Origin: Patescibacteria group bacterium | Lineage (GTDB): Bacteria; Patescibacteriota; Minisyncoccia; Phycocordibacterales; Phycocordibacteraceae | Assembly: GCA_013815345.1 (NCBI GenBank) | Contig: JACDGK010000003.1 | Location: forward strand, 18,897-82,896 | Direction of reading: 5' to 3' | DNA: 64,000 bases | Part shown: positions 17,690 through 28,081 of the stretch, piece after piece | Position numbering within the stretch: the first letter of the stretch is position 1 | Layout of the letters: each line of letters opens with the position of its first letter | Translations under genes and position numbers: made by a program | The notes under the pieces: generated by a model | What the model saw: only the letters and a program-made list of their open reading frames with translations | Told to the model about the DNA's origin: nothing | Databases searched by the model: none

Positions 17690-18679
17690 ATGCCTGAATC
17701 TCGTCACCCTGAATACGCCTATCTCGATCTCCTCAAAGAAGTTTTGGAGAATGGCGAAGAGCAGGTCGATAGTGACACTGGCGTAAAGACGTACAGTCTT
17801 TTCGGTCGGCAAATACGTTTTGATCTTTCTGAAGGTTTTCCACTTTTGACGACAAAGAGAACCTATTGGAATGGCATTCTTCACGAGCTTTATTGGTTCA
17901 TGTCCGGACAGTCAAACATAAAATATCTCGTCGATCACAACGTACATATATGGGATGACTATCCGTATAAAATATATGGGGAGAAAGTTGCAAAGGGAAT
18001 TGCAACTCAGCTTTCAAAGGACGAGTTTATAGAACGTATTCATACCGATGAAGCGTTCGCAAAAGAGCATGGTGAGCTCCCACATATTTATGGTGAACAG
18101 TGGCGTCGCTGGGAAGCTACTGATGGCCGTACCGTGGATCAGCTCGCATGGGTGATCGATGAGCTTCGCAAAGATTCTGACGCACACAATACGGTGGTGA
18201 CCTCATGGAATCCCGAATATATGTACAGCATGGCAAAACCTGGTGAGGGCGCACGTTTTCCTATTTGCCACAATATGTACCAAGTGAATATTAAGAATGG
18301 CAAAGTGTGTTTACAACTCTATCAACGCTCCGCAGATATTTTCCTGGGAGTTCCTTTTAACATCGGCAGCTACGCATTGCTCACCTGCATCATCGCGAAA
18401 ATTCTCGGAAGGGAACCCGGTGAGTACATTCATACATTTGGTGATGTGCACATTTATGAAAATCATAAGGAGCAAGCTGCCGAGCAGCTCACGCGGGAAC
18501 CAAAGGCTTTTCCGACAATTTCTTTCACCGAACCGTTCAACTCACTCGATACGTTCAAACCTGAATTCGTTACACTCAATGGTTACGAACCTCACGCCAG
18601 CATCAAAGCCGACCTCACGGTTTCAGGCGGATACAACAAGAAGCTACACAGTAAGGAAGCGATGGAAGAAACCAAATAA
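17690..18679 (+). CDS. thyA: Thymidylate synthase ThyA (long form, 329 aa)
   Basis: Has the active-site motif PICHNMYQ plus LQLYQRSADIFLGVPFNIGSYALL. It is longer than E. coli ThyA. Confidence 0.9.
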   Translation: MPESRHPEYAYLDLLKEVLENGEEQVDSDTGVKTYSLFGRQIRFDLSEGFPLLTTKRTYWNGILHELYWFMSGQSNIKYLVDHNVHIWDDYPYKIYGEKVAKGIATQLSKDEFIERIHTDEAFAKEHGELPHIYGEQWRRWEATDGRTVDQLAWVIDELRKDSDAHNTVVTSWNPEYMYSMAKPGEGARFPICHNMYQVNIKNGKVCLQLYQRSADIFLGVPFNIGSYALLTCIIAKILGREPGEYIHTFGDVHIYENHKEQAAEQLTREPKAFPTISFTEPFNSLDTFKPEFVTLNGYEPHASIKADLTVSGGYNKKLHSKEAMEETK

Positions 18680-18728
18680 TTTTATGGTGTAAGTACGTCC
18701 ATAATTTATAAACTTAATTTTAAATCCA

Positions 18729-19994
18729 ATGGACTATTACACTCACATACAAAAAGAAGACCCAGACATCTATGGTTTTATCGAAGGCGAAGAGAAGCGC
18801 CAGATCGAAGGACTTGAATTAATCCCGTCCGAAAATTACGTCTCGCTTGCCGTACGTGAGGCAATGGCGTCAACGCTTACCAATAAATATTCAGAAGGGT
18901 ATCCCGGCAAGCGCTATTACGGCGGACAAGAGTTCACTGACAAGGTCGAGCTTCTGGCGATTGAACGTGCGAAGCAGCTTTTTGGCGCTAAATATGCGAA
19001 CGTGCAGCCACTCGGAGGTGCGAATGCAAACATCGCACTCTACATGGCACTTATGGAACCTGGCGACACGATACTCGGCATGGATCTATCGCACGGCGGT
19101 CACCTCACGCACGGTCATCCGGTGACGTACATCTCAAAGATCTTTAATTTCGTGCGATATAAGATGAAAAATATTGAGACGGGGGAGATCGACTATGACG
19201 CACTTCGTGAAACCGCAAAGAAAGAAAAACCGAAAGTAATTCTTGCTGGATTCTCAGCCTATCCCCGTGAGCTCGAGTGGCAGAAGATCGCTGACATCGC
19301 AAAAGAGGTGGGTGCGTATGCCGTTGCCGACGTCGCGCACATTGCCGGGCTTATTGCCGGCGGAGCCCAGAAGAATCCTTTCGATTATGGATTCGATGTG
19401 ATGACCACCACAACGCACAAGACACTTCGCGGGCCGCGTGGCGGTATGATTGTCACGCGAGAAAACGAAGAGGTCGCAAAAAAAATAGACAAAGCAGTCT
19501 TTCCTGGTCTTCAGGGTGGTCCACATATGCATCAGATAGCAGCAAAAGCGATTTCGTTCCGTGAGGCGCTACAGCCATCTTTTAAAACGTATGCAGCGAA
19601 GGTTGTACAGAATGCATCGGCGATGGCAGAGGTATTCAAGGCGGGTGGTGTACGAATGATCACTGGTGGTACAAGCAACCACCTCATTCTGGCGGATGTA
19701 TTTGGTTCGCTTGGTATTTCGGGTCAGGATGCAGAAAAAATTCTCGATGAAGCCGGCATCACCCTGAACAAGAACACTATTGCGGACGATGTGCGCAAGC
19801 CGATGGACCCGTCCGGCATTCGTTTTGGTACACCGGCAATGACCACTCGTGGATTTGGCGTCGAGGAATCCAAACAAGTAGCAGAACTGATGCTTGATGT
19901 ACTACAGAAACGTGATGCTGCAACTGTTTCGAAAGCGCGCGAAGCAGTGAAAGCATTGGCCGCTTCGCACCCGATTCCCGAATCTTTTGTGTAG
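18729..19994 (+). CDS. glyA: Serine hydroxymethyltransferase
   Basis: SENYVSLAVREAMASTLTNKYSEGYPGKRYYGG and the PLP-lysine region TTTTHKTLRGPRGG. Confidence 0.9.
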   Translation: MDYYTHIQKEDPDIYGFIEGEEKRQIEGLELIPSENYVSLAVREAMASTLTNKYSEGYPGKRYYGGQEFTDKVELLAIERAKQLFGAKYANVQPLGGANANIALYMALMEPGDTILGMDLSHGGHLTHGHPVTYISKIFNFVRYKMKNIETGEIDYDALRETAKKEKPKVILAGFSAYPRELEWQKIADIAKEVGAYAVADVAHIAGLIAGGAQKNPFDYGFDVMTTTTHKTLRGPRGGMIVTRENEEVAKKIDKAVFPGLQGGPHMHQIAAKAISFREALQPSFKTYAAKVVQNASAMAEVFKAGGVRMITGGTSNHLILADVFGSLGISGQDAEKILDEAGITLNKNTIADDVRKPMDPSGIRFGTPAMTTRGFGVEESKQVAELMLDVLQKRDAATVSKAREAVKALAASHPIPESFV

Positions 19995-20037
19995 TTTAAA
20001 AGTCGACTGATTCCACTGGTTTGCTACACTCGCAGTA

Positions 20038-21717
20038 ATGGCAACGGAGGGAACACTGGATATAGAAGGGCAGATACGACAGGCAACTGACGAAGCACTC
20101 GCCGAGCTGGGTGCGCGCGATGTGAATTTTGCCGTTGAATGGCCGGCAGACATATCGCACGGCGACTACGCGGTGAATGCAGCCATGGCTGCCGCAAAAG
20201 TACTGGGCAAGAATCCTCGCGAGCTCGCGGCAGAGCTCGCACCAAAGATCAAAGAAAAACTCGGCACACTCGTGACGGCCGTAGAGTTTGCTGGTCCTGG
20301 CTTCATTAACATTACCCTTGCGCACCGGACTATTTCGGATGAAATTCAGAAAGTAATTCAGTTGCGTAAAGACTGGGGTACGAACAAAACGAAAGAAGGT
20401 AAAAGAATAATCATCGAGTTTTCGAACACGAATGCGTTTAAAGAAATGCATATCGGCCACCTCATGAGCACCATTATCGGTGAGTCACTCGCACGAATTA
20501 TCGAATCATCTGGAGCGAAGGTTGCGCGTGATTCATACGGGGGTGATGTGGGACTTCACGTTGCAAAAGCACTTTGGGGATTGCAGAAAGCTGGAATCAC
20601 GGATCCCGCAACTGCTAAAGAGATCGGCAAGGCGTATACGCATGGCTCCCGTGCGTACGAAGAAAGCGCCGAGGCGAAAATAGAAATCGATACGCTTAAT
20701 GTAGCGATATATAAAGGAGACGATCGCGAGCTTATGGAACTATGGCGTAAAGGCCGAGATGTTTCCATGAGTGCCTTCAAAGAGCTACATCGGTTACTCG
20801 ATACTCATTTTGATTATTATTTTTTCGAGAGTGAGACCGCGCCTATCGGCGCGGAAATAGTGAAAGACCAGCTTACTCGAGGCGTATTTGAGGAAAGCGA
20901 AGGGGCGATTATTTATAAAGGAGAGAAGGTAGGATTACACACGCTGGTCTTTATTACCTCGCGCGGGACGCCCACCTATGAAGGGAAAGATGTTGGACTT
21001 GCCTACCTTAAAGAAGAACGGTGGCCGTCCGATGAGTCCATTATTACGACCGCTACTGAACAAATCGGCCATTTTAAAGTATTTCTCGCAGCTCTTTCTG
21101 AAATTGCGCCGCTTCTGGCCGCTAAGACGCGCCATGTGACCCATGGCTTTTTACGTCTTACGAGCGGCAAAATGTCTTCACGTGAAGGAAATGTCATCAC
21201 GGCCGCATCGCTCATTCACGACGTTATAGAAAAGACGAGTGAACGGAATCCCGATCCATTGATCGCCGAACAGGTAGCAATGGCTGCGATTAAATATTCG
21301 ATACTCAGACAATCAGCAGGTTCGGATATTATTTTCGATTTTGAAAAATCACTTTCTCTCGAAGGTGACTCAGGACCGTATCTTCAATATGCACTTGTGC
21401 GCGCAAGGTCAGTGATCGCGCAAGCGACATCGTCCCCAAAAGAAACATCTGATGATGCGCCGAATGAACCGTATACCCTTGAACGTTTTATCGTTCGTTA
21501 TCCTGGAATTGTTCTACGAGCACAGAAAGATCTCGCGCCGCATCATCTTGCGCAGTACCTCACCCAGCTCGCCAGTGGATGGAACTCATTTTATGCGAAT
21601 GAACGTATCATTGGAGGTTCTCACGAAGAATATAAATTGCAACTCGCGCGAGCGTTCGTAACCACAATGGAAAATGGCCTTCACCTACTGGGTATTCCGG
21701 TACCGGAAAAGATGTAA
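20038..21717 (+). CDS. argS: Arginyl-tRNA synthetase
   Basis: Has the HIGH motif (HIGHLMSTIIGESLAR) and a C-terminal DALR anticodon-binding domain. Confidence 0.9.
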   Translation: MATEGTLDIEGQIRQATDEALAELGARDVNFAVEWPADISHGDYAVNAAMAAAKVLGKNPRELAAELAPKIKEKLGTLVTAVEFAGPGFINITLAHRTISDEIQKVIQLRKDWGTNKTKEGKRIIIEFSNTNAFKEMHIGHLMSTIIGESLARIIESSGAKVARDSYGGDVGLHVAKALWGLQKAGITDPATAKEIGKAYTHGSRAYEESAEAKIEIDTLNVAIYKGDDRELMELWRKGRDVSMSAFKELHRLLDTHFDYYFFESETAPIGAEIVKDQLTRGVFEESEGAIIYKGEKVGLHTLVFITSRGTPTYEGKDVGLAYLKEERWPSDESIITTATEQIGHFKVFLAALSEIAPLLAAKTRHVTHGFLRLTSGKMSSREGNVITAASLIHDVIEKTSERNPDPLIAEQVAMAAIKYSILRQSAGSDIIFDFEKSLSLEGDSGPYLQYALVRARSVIAQATSSPKETSDDAPNEPYTLERFIVRYPGIVLRAQKDLAPHHLAQYLTQLASGWNSFYANERIIGGSHEEYKLQLARAFVTTMENGLHLLGIPVPEKM

Positions 21718-22069
21718 ACAAAAGATGGAGAACGTGTCTTGCACGGGAAAGCAACTCGCGTTATGGTCATACGCGGAACTGGTTATTTTGGTTCTGTTAA
21801 AAACGGGGAACATTCAGGTATGGTGAATAATGGATGGCAGCCTGAGCTCGGGGAATTAAGAAAGTTCAGGAGATCCTCTCTCGAGGAAGACAGGGCAGGA
21901 GCGGAGGTGCCTCGATCAACATCACCAAAGAACGGACAGGAATCCAAAAACCAGAAGACGCATTGTTTTCGGCGACCAATTCAGCTGCGGAAATAGTAAT
22001 CAGGGCATAACAGCCGACGCGCCCGTCGGCTGTTTCTTTTTACCCTCGCAAACGCTAGGATAGATAATA

Positions 22070-25000
22070 ATGTCTCAAACGCCCGATACCCCGGAAAAAT
22101 CAGATGCTGCAAAGCGAGAGGAGCAAATCTTGGCGTTTTGGAAAGAGCACCAGATATTTGAGAAATCCCTTGAAAAAGAAGCACCAAAGGGCGAATTTAT
22201 ATTTTACGATGGACCGCCTTTTGCAACGGGACTGCCCCATTCTGGCTCTCTACTTTCCTCTGTTTCTAAAGATCTCATTCCTCGGTATAAAACAATGCGT
22301 GGCTATAAGGTGCGTCGTCGCTGGGGATGGGATACCCACGGTCTTCCTATCGAATCACTTGTTGAAAAAAAACTCGGACTCAAGAACAAAAAAGAGATTC
22401 TTGCTATCGGTGTAGAAAAGTTTAATGAGACAGCGCGCGAAATGGTTTTGGAATATGTACAGGATTGGAAGCGTTATGTGGAGCGGGTAGGCCGATGGGT
22501 TGATTTTGATAATTCATACAAGACGATGGATACGACTTTTATCGAATCGGTCTGGTGGGGATTAAAACAAATTCACGAAAAAGGGCACCTGTACGAGGGA
22601 AGAAAAGTTTTGATGTATTGTCCTCACTGCGAGACGCCTTTGGCAAAGGCGGAGATTGCCATGGATAACACCTATAAGGATATAACTGAAGAGGCAGTAA
22701 CCGTAAAATTCAAAGTAAAAAATCCAGAGAAACATGGATTACCTGAAAACACCTTTCTGCTCGCCTGGACCACGACGCCGTGGACGCTTCCAGGAAACGT
22801 GGGACTCGCCGTGGGGAAAGAAATTATCTATTCACTGGCGAAGCAAGAAAATGGAGAAACTATCATTCTCGCAAAAGACCTTCTCGCCTCATATAGTCTT
22901 TCTGATGAAGATAAGATTGATTCAAAAGTATTTCCTACACTACAGGGAAACGAATTAGTCGGAATCGAGTACGAACCACTCTATGAAATTCCAAGAGTTG
23001 TCGCGCACGAAGGAAAGAAATGGCAGGTACTTTCCGCGGATTTTGTACATACAGAAGAGGGAACCGGCATTGTGCATACCGCCGTTATTTATGGAGAAGA
23101 CGACTATACCCTCGGTCTGAAAGAAGGGCTACCGATGGTACCGATCCTTAACCCAAATGCGACATATAACGAAGACGCACCGGAGTTTTTGCATGGTAAA
23201 TATATCAAAAAAGCTGAAGCTGATATTAAAGCGGATCTCGAATCACGCGGACTTCTTTTTGAGAAGGCGGTCCATACTCACTCGTATCCACACTGTTACC
23301 GCTGCGGTACGCCCCTTATTTATAATGCTGTTTCGAGTTGGTTTATAAATATTCAAGCAGTAAAAGAAAAACTTCTCGCCGAGAACGAGACTATCAGGTG
23401 GATACCCGAGCATCTGAAGCACGGTCGGTTTCGACACCTTCTTGAGACTGCACCTGATTGGACGATCTCTCGCAATCGTTTTTGGGCGAGCCCACTCCCT
23501 ATATGGAAGGATGTGAAAGGGAAGGTCACGGTCATAGGTTCGCTGGAGGAACTCAAAAGCCATGTCAAAAAAAGTGGCAATACCTATTTCGTCATGCGTC
23601 ATGGAACGACCGATAACAATATCAAGAAACTCTTAAGTTCGGTGCGCGACTCGACGGTCGGGCTTAATGATGAAGGTCGTGACGAAATAAAGGCTGCAGC
23701 AGAAAAGTTGACTTCACACGGCATAACGCAGATATATTCATCTCCTTTTTTACGAACGCGTGAGACGGCAGAAATTGTTGCGAAAGAGATCGGTCTCTCA
23801 ATTGAATCAATAGTAAGTGACGATCGACTCTCCGAATTTAACTTTGGTGAGTTTAACGATGGGCCACTCGATAAATTCTTTGAGTACCGCGATACCCATG
23901 CATATGAGGAAGCATTGCCAGGGGGAGAGAGTGATCAGGAAGCCAAAAACCGTTTTGGCGATTTTCTGTATGAAATAGAACGTACCCATTCCAACGAAAC
24001 GATATTAATTGTGACGCATGGCATTGGCCTTGAAGCATTGGGAGCTATTGCACTCGGTGCTGATAAAAAAGAGTCTAAACGATTACTGAAGACCCTTTTT
24101 GCTGAACGAGGGGAAGTGCGCAGGCTTGATTTTATTCCCATGCCGCACAATCGTAATTATGAACTCGACTACCACCTTCCGTATATTGATGAAATCCAAC
24201 TACTCGATAGTGAAGATGAACCGCTCACTCGAATTCCGGAGGTAGTTGATTGTTGGGTTGAGTCAGGTTCGATGCCATTCGCTGAATACCATTATCCGTT
24301 TGAACATAAAGAAGAATTTGCGAAACGCACACCAGGAGATTTTATCTCGGAATACATAGGACAGACTCGTGCATGGTTTTATTACATGCACGTAATGAGC
24401 ATAGAACTTTTCGGCCACACCGCGTTTCGCAATGTGCTCACAACCGGAACGATACTGGCCGCTACTGGCGAAAAGCTTTCGAAAAGCAAAAAGAATTACA
24501 CCGATCCGTATGTGCTCTTTGATCGTTTTAGTGCCGATGCGTTTCGGTATTATCTTATGTCAGGAGTGGTTATGCAGGCAGAAGATCTTGTTTTTAAAGA
24601 TGAGGAGATAAAAGAATCGCAGAATCGCATTGTAAACATGCTACGAAACGTGCTCGCGTTCTACATTCTTTTTAAAGAAGATCTTACCGAAGGAACGGTG
24701 AAGGATAGCGAAAACATTCTTGATCGGTGGATACGTGCGCGTGTTGCAGAAGTAACTTTTCAAGCAACTGAAAATTTTGATCGATACGATGTCATTCATG
24801 CTACCCGCCCCATGCGTGATTTTATCGACGATCTTTCGACCTGGTACGTTCGTCGCTCACGTGAGCGAATAAAGGGAAGTGATACTGCTGATAAACAGTA
24901 CGCACTTCAGACTCTTCGATCGGTGCTCATTCAATTCGCAAAAGTTATTGCACCGGTGATGCCATTTGTTGCTGAAGAACTCTTTCAAGAATTGCGAAGT

Positions 25001-25516
25001 GAAACCGACTCGGAAAGTGTACATCTGTGCACGTGGCCCGAAGCTGGATTGGTAGATGCGACGCTTATTGAAGATATGGTACATGTTCGCACACTCGCCT
25101 CTGAAGCACTCATGCTCCGACAAAAAATCGGTGTGAAAGTGCGTCAGCCGCTTGCGAAGCTTTCGATACCAGGGGAGCTTTCATCAGAACTCAAGGAGAT
25201 CCTCAAAGAGGAAGTAAATGTAAGGGAGATAGAGACAGGCGCCTCTGCGATGTCGCTCGATGCGGAACTTACGCCAGAACTCATTCGAGAGGGAGATGTG
25301 CGCGAATTCATGCGCACACTGGCCGATGCGCGTAAAGACAAAGGTCTTTCTCCGAAAGATATAGTTTCGCTGACAATGGGTACAGAAGGACAATCGATAC
25401 TGGACGGAGTCCCACTCCCCGGCATTTCTCAGGTACTGTTTGGCGCAGTGTCCGATGCTGCCTATACGGCGAATCTTTCTTTTGGTTCGATTTCATTTTC
25501 GATCGATGCGTCATAA
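22070..25516 (+). CDS. ileS: Isoleucyl-tRNA synthetase (type 2) with an in-frame ~190 aa histidine-phosphatase (PGAM-like) insertion
   Basis: Class I motifs are present: P-x-x-TG-LPHSGS, the editing-domain TTPWT and GTGIVHTA, and KMSKS as KLSKSKKN. Between PIW..VIGSLEELK (~nt 23575) and ..YIDEIQL..VVDCWVESGSMPF (~nt 24150) sits YFVMRHGTTDNN ... RTRETA ... ILIVTHG. These are the RHG and catalytic-His signatures of histidine phosphatase branch 1. Confidence 0.9.
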   Translation: MSQTPDTPEKSDAAKREEQILAFWKEHQIFEKSLEKEAPKGEFIFYDGPPFATGLPHSGSLLSSVSKDLIPRYKTMRGYKVRRRWGWDTHGLPIESLVEKKLGLKNKKEILAIGVEKFNETAREMVLEYVQDWKRYVERVGRWVDFDNSYKTMDTTFIESVWWGLKQIHEKGHLYEGRKVLMYCPHCETPLAKAEIAMDNTYKDITEEAVTVKFKVKNPEKHGLPENTFLLAWTTTPWTLPGNVGLAVGKEIIYSLAKQENGETIILAKDLLASYSLSDEDKIDSKVFPTLQGNELVGIEYEPLYEIPRVVAHEGKKWQVLSADFVHTEEGTGIVHTAVIYGEDDYTLGLKEGLPMVPILNPNATYNEDAPEFLHGKYIKKAEADIKADLESRGLLFEKAVHTHSYPHCYRCGTPLIYNAVSSWFINIQAVKEKLLAENETIRWIPEHLKHGRFRHLLETAPDWTISRNRFWASPLPIWKDVKGKVTVIGSLEELKSHVKKSGNTYFVMRHGTTDNNIKKLLSSVRDSTVGLNDEGRDEIKAAAEKLTSHGITQIYSSPFLRTRETAEIVAKEIGLSIESIVSDDRLSEFNFGEFNDGPLDKFFEYRDTHAYEEALPGGESDQEAKNRFGDFLYEIERTHSNETILIVTHGIGLEALGAIALGADKKESKRLLKTLFAERGEVRRLDFIPMPHNRNYELDYHLPYIDEIQLLDSEDEPLTRIPEVVDCWVESGSMPFAEYHYPFEHKEEFAKRTPGDFISEYIGQTRAWFYYMHVMSIELFGHTAFRNVLTTGTILAATGEKLSKSKKNYTDPYVLFDRFSADAFRYYLMSGVVMQAEDLVFKDEEIKESQNRIVNMLRNVLAFYILFKEDLTEGTVKDSENILDRWIRARVAEVTFQATENFDRYDVIHATRPMRDFIDDLSTWYVRRSRERIKGSDTADKQYALQTLRSVLIQFAKVIAPVMPFVAEELFQELRSETDSESVHLCTWPEAGLVDATLIEDMVHVRTLASEALMLRQKIGVKVRQPLAKLSIPGELSSELKEILKEEVNVREIETGASAMSLDAELTPELIREGDVREFMRTLADARKDKGLSPKDIVSLTMGTEGQSILDGVPLPGISQVLFGAVSDAAYTANLSFGSISFSIDAS

Positions 25517-26078
25517 ATATGCCACTGCCGCGTTTGTTCTCGCTCGGACACCTTTCGGCGAAGCGAGTGCCTTTATTCATCTTTTGACCCCGGATCTAGG
25601 TCTTCTTCGGGCACGCGCGCAAAGTGTGCGAAAACCAGGAGCCAAGCTTGCTTCTGCTCTCCAGACCTTTTCTGAAACAGACGTCATCCTCGTGCGGGGA
25701 AAAGATGGCTGGCGTCTTTCGGGAGCGGTACTCGTACGTTCGTGGTTTCCGGAACTTTCGAAGCCCGCGCGCTTGCGCGCGGGCCGCACTGCGGGCCTCC
25801 TACTGCGTCTTCTGCATGGCGAGTCAGTTGACCCGATATTTTTTGCGATTTTCAGTCAGTTTCTGACGGTATTGCCCCACATACACGATGCCGCGCAAGA
25901 AGACGCGGCGGAATGTTTAGCCGCACTTCGCATACTTCATGCCGCCGGCGTTGATGCAGGTGAAATCCCTGGAGGTTTGGAAGGCGCGTACACACCCGAC
26001 CTTTTGCAGGAACTTACAAACGATCGATCGGAATACATTCTTCGCATCAACCGCAGTATTGTCGCCTCAGGTCTTTAG
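25506..26078 (+). CDS. recO: DNA repair protein RecO
   Basis: YATAAFVLARTPFGEASAFIHLLTPDLGLLRARAQSVRK matches the RecO N-terminal OB-fold. Local GC is higher. The start overlaps the ileS stop by ~10 nt. Confidence 0.65.
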   Translation: MRHKYATAAFVLARTPFGEASAFIHLLTPDLGLLRARAQSVRKPGAKLASALQTFSETDVILVRGKDGWRLSGAVLVRSWFPELSKPARLRAGRTAGLLLRLLHGESVDPIFFAIFSQFLTVLPHIHDAAQEDAAECLAALRILHAAGVDAGEIPGGLEGAYTPDLLQELTNDRSEYILRINRSIVASGL

Positions 26079-26155
26079 GTGTGAGCACCACAAGGGCACT
26101 TCCAAATTACTAATTCGCTATCGCTCATAAGGAATTTTGGTCGTATACTTTCCTT

Positions 26156-28066
26156 ATGCCGCCGAATGAGCAAAATGATGAAGTAAGTTCTCTTGAAAAG
26201 CTGCGCGAGCGTCTCTATACGCCAAATACAAATACTAATTTTCAAGAACCTACTCTTTCGCGTGCTCCCACACCTCCAGCAACCAGCAGCTGGCGACCCC
26301 CGCCTCCGCCACCTCCGAGACCTCGGCGAAAACCAATGTCACGAGTCGTACTTTTTCTTTTTGGTGCGCTTGCCTTTTTCATTCTCGCGGGTCTTGCGTC
26401 ATTCCTATTTCTCTATCTTGGCACGCGGTCCGTTTCAAATGACAATATTACTATTACTGCGGTACCGAATCCGACCAGCATAGCGAGCGGTTCAGTCGTG
26501 CAGCTCGTCATCACGATCAAGAATCATAATCCAACCGCTCTGATCAACACAGACATCTCTCTCGATTTTCCTGACGGGACCCGCACCGCAGAGGACGTAA
26601 CACAGCCACTTGTGCGATATGCGGATACGCTTGGCGCGATTCCTGCGGGTGGCACGGTGACCCGTACAATATCAGCCGTATTATTCGGCAGTGTGAATCA
26701 AACCGTAACGGTTCCGGTTACTTTCCAATACCGCACCACCGGTTCTAATGCGCTTTTCACTAAAGAACAGAAGCTCACGCTCACTATCACCAGCGCTCCT
26801 CTTACTATCACTGCGAACACGGTAAGTACGGTAGCTTCGGGTCAGTCCTTTGCATTTTCAGTTGCGGTTCGCTCGAACGCCAGCACCGTATTGAATAATA
26901 TCGGCGTGGTTGCAACATACCCACCCGGATTTACGGCATCACATACGAGTGATGGTCCTGCAAATACTCAATTTTTCCCTATCGGTACATTGCAGCCCGG
27001 TGAAGAAAAAGATTTCGTGATACAGGGTGCGCTCTCGGGATCAAATAACGATCAACGCGTCTTCCAATTTACCGTGGGTACCGCGAAAGACGATGGATCA
27101 GCGACCTTAGCAGTCGCGTACGCCAGTCAACAAACGCAAGTAGCCATCTCCAAGCCGTTTCTTGCCGTATCTCTCTCAGTCAACAATAGTAATGCGAATC
27201 CTGTTATCGTCTCAGCTGACCAGCCTATTACGAGTGCGGTCTCATGGACAAACTCACTTTCATCTGCGATCACGAATGGGAAAGTGTCGATAAAGTTTTC
27301 AGGAAATGCCCTTGATCCAACCAGTGTAACAACAGCCAATGGCTACTATGACTCAACCAATACGACCCTTCTCTTCGATGGCCAGTCGGAGCTAAGTCTT
27401 CAAAGCCTCAATCCGGGAGACAACGGGAACGGCTCTTTTGGTTTTTCAACGAAGTCAGGCACCGCTCTTATGGCACTTCGCAATCCAACGATACAACTTA
27501 CGGTATCAGTCGCCGGACAGCATAGCGGAATCGGAAATTCAGAAACGATACTAAATACTCTCACGCAGACCATACAGATAGCGACGGATCTAAAACTCAT
27601 TTCAACGGTTGTGCACACAATCGGACCTTTCCCCAATTCAGGACCATGGCCGCCGAAAGCCAATACGCCAACAACGTATACAATTCTCTGGAATATTACG
27701 AACACGGTTAATTCGGTCGGTGGTGCTTCGGTGAGCGCTATCCTCCCTTCGTATGTAACCTTTACCGGCAAAATCAATCCTAGCGATAGTTCCGTTACCT
27801 ATGACGATACGAGCCGCACCGTTACCTGGAAGGTCGGCGATGTGCAGCCAGGAACGGTTTCTAAGCCGCTACAGGCCGCCTTCCAAGTGTCGATCTTGCC
27901 GAGCGTATCTCAGGTAGGAACCGCGCCTATTCTCATTGGCAATCAAACACTTACCGGTACCGATCGCTTTACCGGTACGCAGGTAGGTACTATTTCTCCT
28001 GCACTTTCGACTCAGACTCCAACTGACCCTGCGTACCAAATACAGTTTGGCAACGTCGGAAATTAA
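26156..28066 (+). CDS. Large cell-surface protein (type II membrane anchor, Pro-rich cytoplasmic N-terminus, repeated beta-rich extracellular domains)
   Basis: 636 aa. It has a PPPPPPPRPRR stretch, a single TM, and then T/S/N-rich repetitive Ig-like sequence. Confidence 0.45.
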   Translation: MPPNEQNDEVSSLEKLRERLYTPNTNTNFQEPTLSRAPTPPATSSWRPPPPPPPRPRRKPMSRVVLFLFGALAFFILAGLASFLFLYLGTRSVSNDNITITAVPNPTSIASGSVVQLVITIKNHNPTALINTDISLDFPDGTRTAEDVTQPLVRYADTLGAIPAGGTVTRTISAVLFGSVNQTVTVPVTFQYRTTGSNALFTKEQKLTLTITSAPLTITANTVSTVASGQSFAFSVAVRSNASTVLNNIGVVATYPPGFTASHTSDGPANTQFFPIGTLQPGEEKDFVIQGALSGSNNDQRVFQFTVGTAKDDGSATLAVAYASQQTQVAISKPFLAVSLSVNNSNANPVIVSADQPITSAVSWTNSLSSAITNGKVSIKFSGNALDPTSVTTANGYYDSTNTTLLFDGQSELSLQSLNPGDNGNGSFGFSTKSGTALMALRNPTIQLTVSVAGQHSGIGNSETILNTLTQTIQIATDLKLISTVVHTIGPFPNSGPWPPKANTPTTYTILWNITNTVNSVGGASVSAILPSYVTFTGKINPSDSSVTYDDTSRTVTWKVGDVQPGTVSKPLQAAFQVSILPSVSQVGTAPILIGNQTLTGTDRFTGTQVGTISPALSTQTPTDPAYQIQFGNVGN

Positions 28067-28081
28067 GGGTACAAAGGAACT

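Noticed and set aside
18297-18692. Alternative-frame ORF inside thyA
   Set aside because: It lies inside thyA in another frame and gives no plausible protein.
23575-24150. Possibility that the ileS insertion is an intein
   Set aside because: There is no N-terminal Cys/Ser/Thr nucleophile at the junction. The HN near the end is followed by Arg rather than Cys/Ser/Thr. The block instead carries RHG phosphatase motifs.
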